DNA from: Octopus vulgaris
Taxonomy: Eukaryota
Direction: 5' to 3'
NCBI GenBank assembly: GCA_951406725.2
Contig: OX597827.1
Coordinates: 55,428,001 to 55,492,000, forward strand
DNA length: 64,000 nucleotides
Part shown: one piece after another, positions 61,467 through 64,000 of the stretch
How positions within the stretch are numbered: position 1 is the first letter of the stretch
Layout: every line of letters starts with the position of its first letter
Program-made: the position numbers and the translations under genes
The notes under the pieces: generated by a model
What the model was told of the DNA's origin: nothing
The model's input: the letters and a program-made list of their open reading frames with translations, nothing else
Databases searched by the model: none

Positions 61467-62676
61467 GTCGCAGGCTTGAAGTCACTACCTGTGGCAGTCA
61501 TAACTGAGCATCGTAGGTCATTGACATTTCACAAGCAACATGGAAACGTCGCAGGCCTGAAGTCACTACATGTGGCAGTCATAACTGAGCATCGTAGGTC
61601 ATTGACATTTCACAAGCAACATCGAAACGTCGCAGGACTGAAGTCACTACATGTGGCGGTCATAACTGAGCATCGTAGATCATTGACATTTCACAAGCAA
61701 CATGGAAACGTCGCAGGCCTGAAGTCACTACATGTGGCAGTCATAACTGAGCATCGTAGGTCATTAACATTTCACAAGCAACAGCGAAACGTCGCAGGCC
61801 TGAAGTCACTACATGTGGCAGTCATAACTGAGCATCGTAGGTCATTGACATTTCACAAGCAACATCGAAACGTCGCAGGCTTGAAGTCACTACATGTGGC
61901 AGTCATAACTGAGCATCGTAGGTCATTGACATTTCACAAGCAACAGCGAAACGTCGCAGGCCTGAAGTCACTACATGTATCAGTCATAACTGAGCATCGT
62001 AGGTCACTGACATTTCACAAGCAACATCGCAGGCCTGAAGTCACTACATGTGGCAGTCATAACTGAGCATCGTAGGTCAATGACATTTCACAAGCAACAT
62101 CGAAACGTCGCAGGCCTGAAGTCACTACATGTGGCAGTCATAACTGAGCATCGTAGGTCATTGACATTTCACAAGCAACATCGAAACGTCGCAGGTCTGA
62201 AGTCACTACATGTGGCAGTCATAACTGAGCATCGTAGGTCACTGACATTTCACAAGCAACATCGAAACGTCGCAGGCCTGAAGTCACTACATGTATCAGT
62301 CATAACTGAGCATCGTAGGTCACTGACATTTCTCAAGCAACATCGAAACATCGCAGGCCTGAAGTCACTACATGTGGCAGTCATAACTGAGCATCGTAGG
62401 TCATTGACATTTCACAAGCAACATCGAAAACGTCGCAGGCCTGAAGTCACTACACGTGGCAGTCATAACTGAGCATCGTAGGTCATTGACATTTCACAAG
62501 CAACATCGAAACGTAGCAGGCCTGAAGTCACTACATGTGGCAGTCATAACTGAGCATCGTAGGTCATTGACATTTCACAAGCAACATCGAAACGTAGCAG
62601 GCCTGAAGTCACTACATGTGGCAGTCATAACTGAGCATCGTAGGTCATTGACATTTCACAAGCAACATCGAAACGT
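61467..62676. repeat. 81-bp minisatellite, 15 copies
   Basis: Unit gtcgcaggcctgaagtcactacatgtggcagtcataactgagcatcgtaggtcattgacatttcacaagcaacatcgaaac; one 8-bp deletion (~62026) and one 1-bp insertion (~62430). Confidence 0.97.
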
Positions 62677-62815
62677 TAATCATCTTAAATAGTCCTGACC
62701 ACATGCAAGCAAGCAAAACGTATGGATCGTCACATCAGTATAATCACTATCATAGATGTAGATAAATAAGTAGAATATATGCAGATGTTGACAAGATTCG
62801 TTTGTCAACACTCAC

Positions 62816-62848
62816 TAGCTGCCGTATTTCATGCAGATGACGCCCCAT
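62816..62848 (-). CDS. SMYD5: Candidate SMYD5 first coding exon
   Basis: ATG GGG...CTA|gtgagt (MGRHLHEIRQL); strong phase-0 donor matches the phase of the 58007 acceptor; lies in the CpG-rich zone; only weak similarity (EIR vs EVR), so it could instead be a UTR exon. Confidence 0.3.
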
Positions 62849-62997
62849 AAGTATTTATCTTCGCCACCAACAACAGTTCGACTAAACAAGAGATGTTGGT
62901 AGAACTAATTCGAAATACGTGTAAAACAAACTGGAGCATTCATTCTATAATGCTAACTTTGATACACTAATTAACAAAGAATGACATACTGAAAGAA

Positions 62998-63277
62998 TAC
63001 TCGGCATTCTTTCGATATAACTCGACAAAATCAAAACATTTCACTTTGGGTGTTTCCGTGGAAGCAAATGACAGTTCGATTCTGTTTTCTGCTTGGAAAT
63101 TTGCGGAATTTACATACACACATGAAACAGGTATGAACAAATATGCAAGGCTTTTTTTTTTCTTCAAGAGACATTGCTGGCATAATTTCGTTATATCTAT
63201 ACTCCACAACCCACGGAAAATACACGAAGTAAAATGTTTTTGATTTTGTCGCGTTATATCGAAAGAATGCCGAATAC
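62998..63277. mobile_element. MITE with ~65-bp imperfect TIRs
   Basis: tcggcattctttcgatataactcgacaaaatcaaaacatttcactt..ttccgtgg (62998-63061) is inverted at 63212-63277. Confidence 0.75.
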
Positions 63278-64000
63278 TCCAACTAATGAGTCCAAACACA
63301 TTGAGAAAACGAAAAACCATGTTGGAAGGAATATCGATAGGAAGAAGAGATAACAATGTCACGTGGGCTAACGAGTTTGAGCCGATTGTAGAGAGGAGAC
63401 GTCTGCGAGAAATTATGACTAATAACATCGTATATATCATATATTATCTTTAATTATTTATTTTTTCAGTCGCAATATAGATGATTAAATCATTGATATT
63501 ATTGTCTTCCATCAGGATAATGATTTACATTTTTTCTATCTCATTTAACCCTTCGATAACGAAACAGCTGGACACCAACCACGCTTCCACATTAAACCGT
63601 TTTTTTTTTCTTTTCATATTTATTCATCACTCTGATCCACATAAAAATAAACACATTAATTTTAAACAGAATAGTTTTATATCCAAACTAAAAATTTACT
63701 GAAGTATAAATAACGCTAAATTTGCAGAGGATTGTTACATTTTCGCTTGTCTTATTAGCGCTACCACATGTGGCAAAAAGTTCCGACCACCTTACAGAAC
63801 CTAATCTAATAATTTTCCCTGATTTATCCAATGTGACATCTATTGTCTTTACTTGTAGAATAATTAAAATACAATGGTCGAGTAAAATATCAATTGGTAC
63901 GTTGATTCGAGCTTTTAGCGCACAAATCCCAAATTATGCTGCGAAACTTGCCGCCAAAAACAAAATCCCTTCGGATAATGCAACTGAATTAAACTGGAGG

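Noticed and set aside
61467-62676. CRISPR array
   Set aside because: The units are contiguous and near-identical, with no unique spacers or cas genes, in a eukaryotic context; it is a minisatellite.
62967-63440. 157-aa minus-strand ORF as SMYD5 exon 1
   Set aside because: It largely overlaps a MITE with long TIRs and has no convincing homology.

Overview
AT-rich, intron-rich animal DNA. The tRNA-derived SINEs (Nin/CORE-type domains), RTE LINE 3' ends and MITEs resemble octopus (coleoid cephalopod) repeats; this species assignment is an inference from recalled repeat families. Two genes could be rebuilt exon by exon, lying tail to tail with stop codons about 1.5 kb apart. Fumarate hydratase (FH, + strand) has 8 coding exons at 15135-35820 encoding 464 aa; its first exon is unresolved. 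The SET/MYND lysine methyltransferase SMYD5 (- strand) has 11 coding exons at 58007-37332 encoding 375 aa and uses one GC-AG intron; its first exon is also unresolved. Upstream of FH is an intact Brinker/pogo-type HTH DNA-binding ORF (6645-6875) ending in a phase-0 donor compatible with FH exon 2, a candidate transposase-HTH/fumarase fusion exon. Near the 5' end of SMYD5 is a 15 x 81-bp array in which most units carry a near-consensus IR1 nuclear-receptor element. The remainder is intronic or intergenic SINE, LINE, MITE and decayed transposase sequence plus microsatellites. There are no CRISPR arrays, rRNA genes or true tRNA genes.
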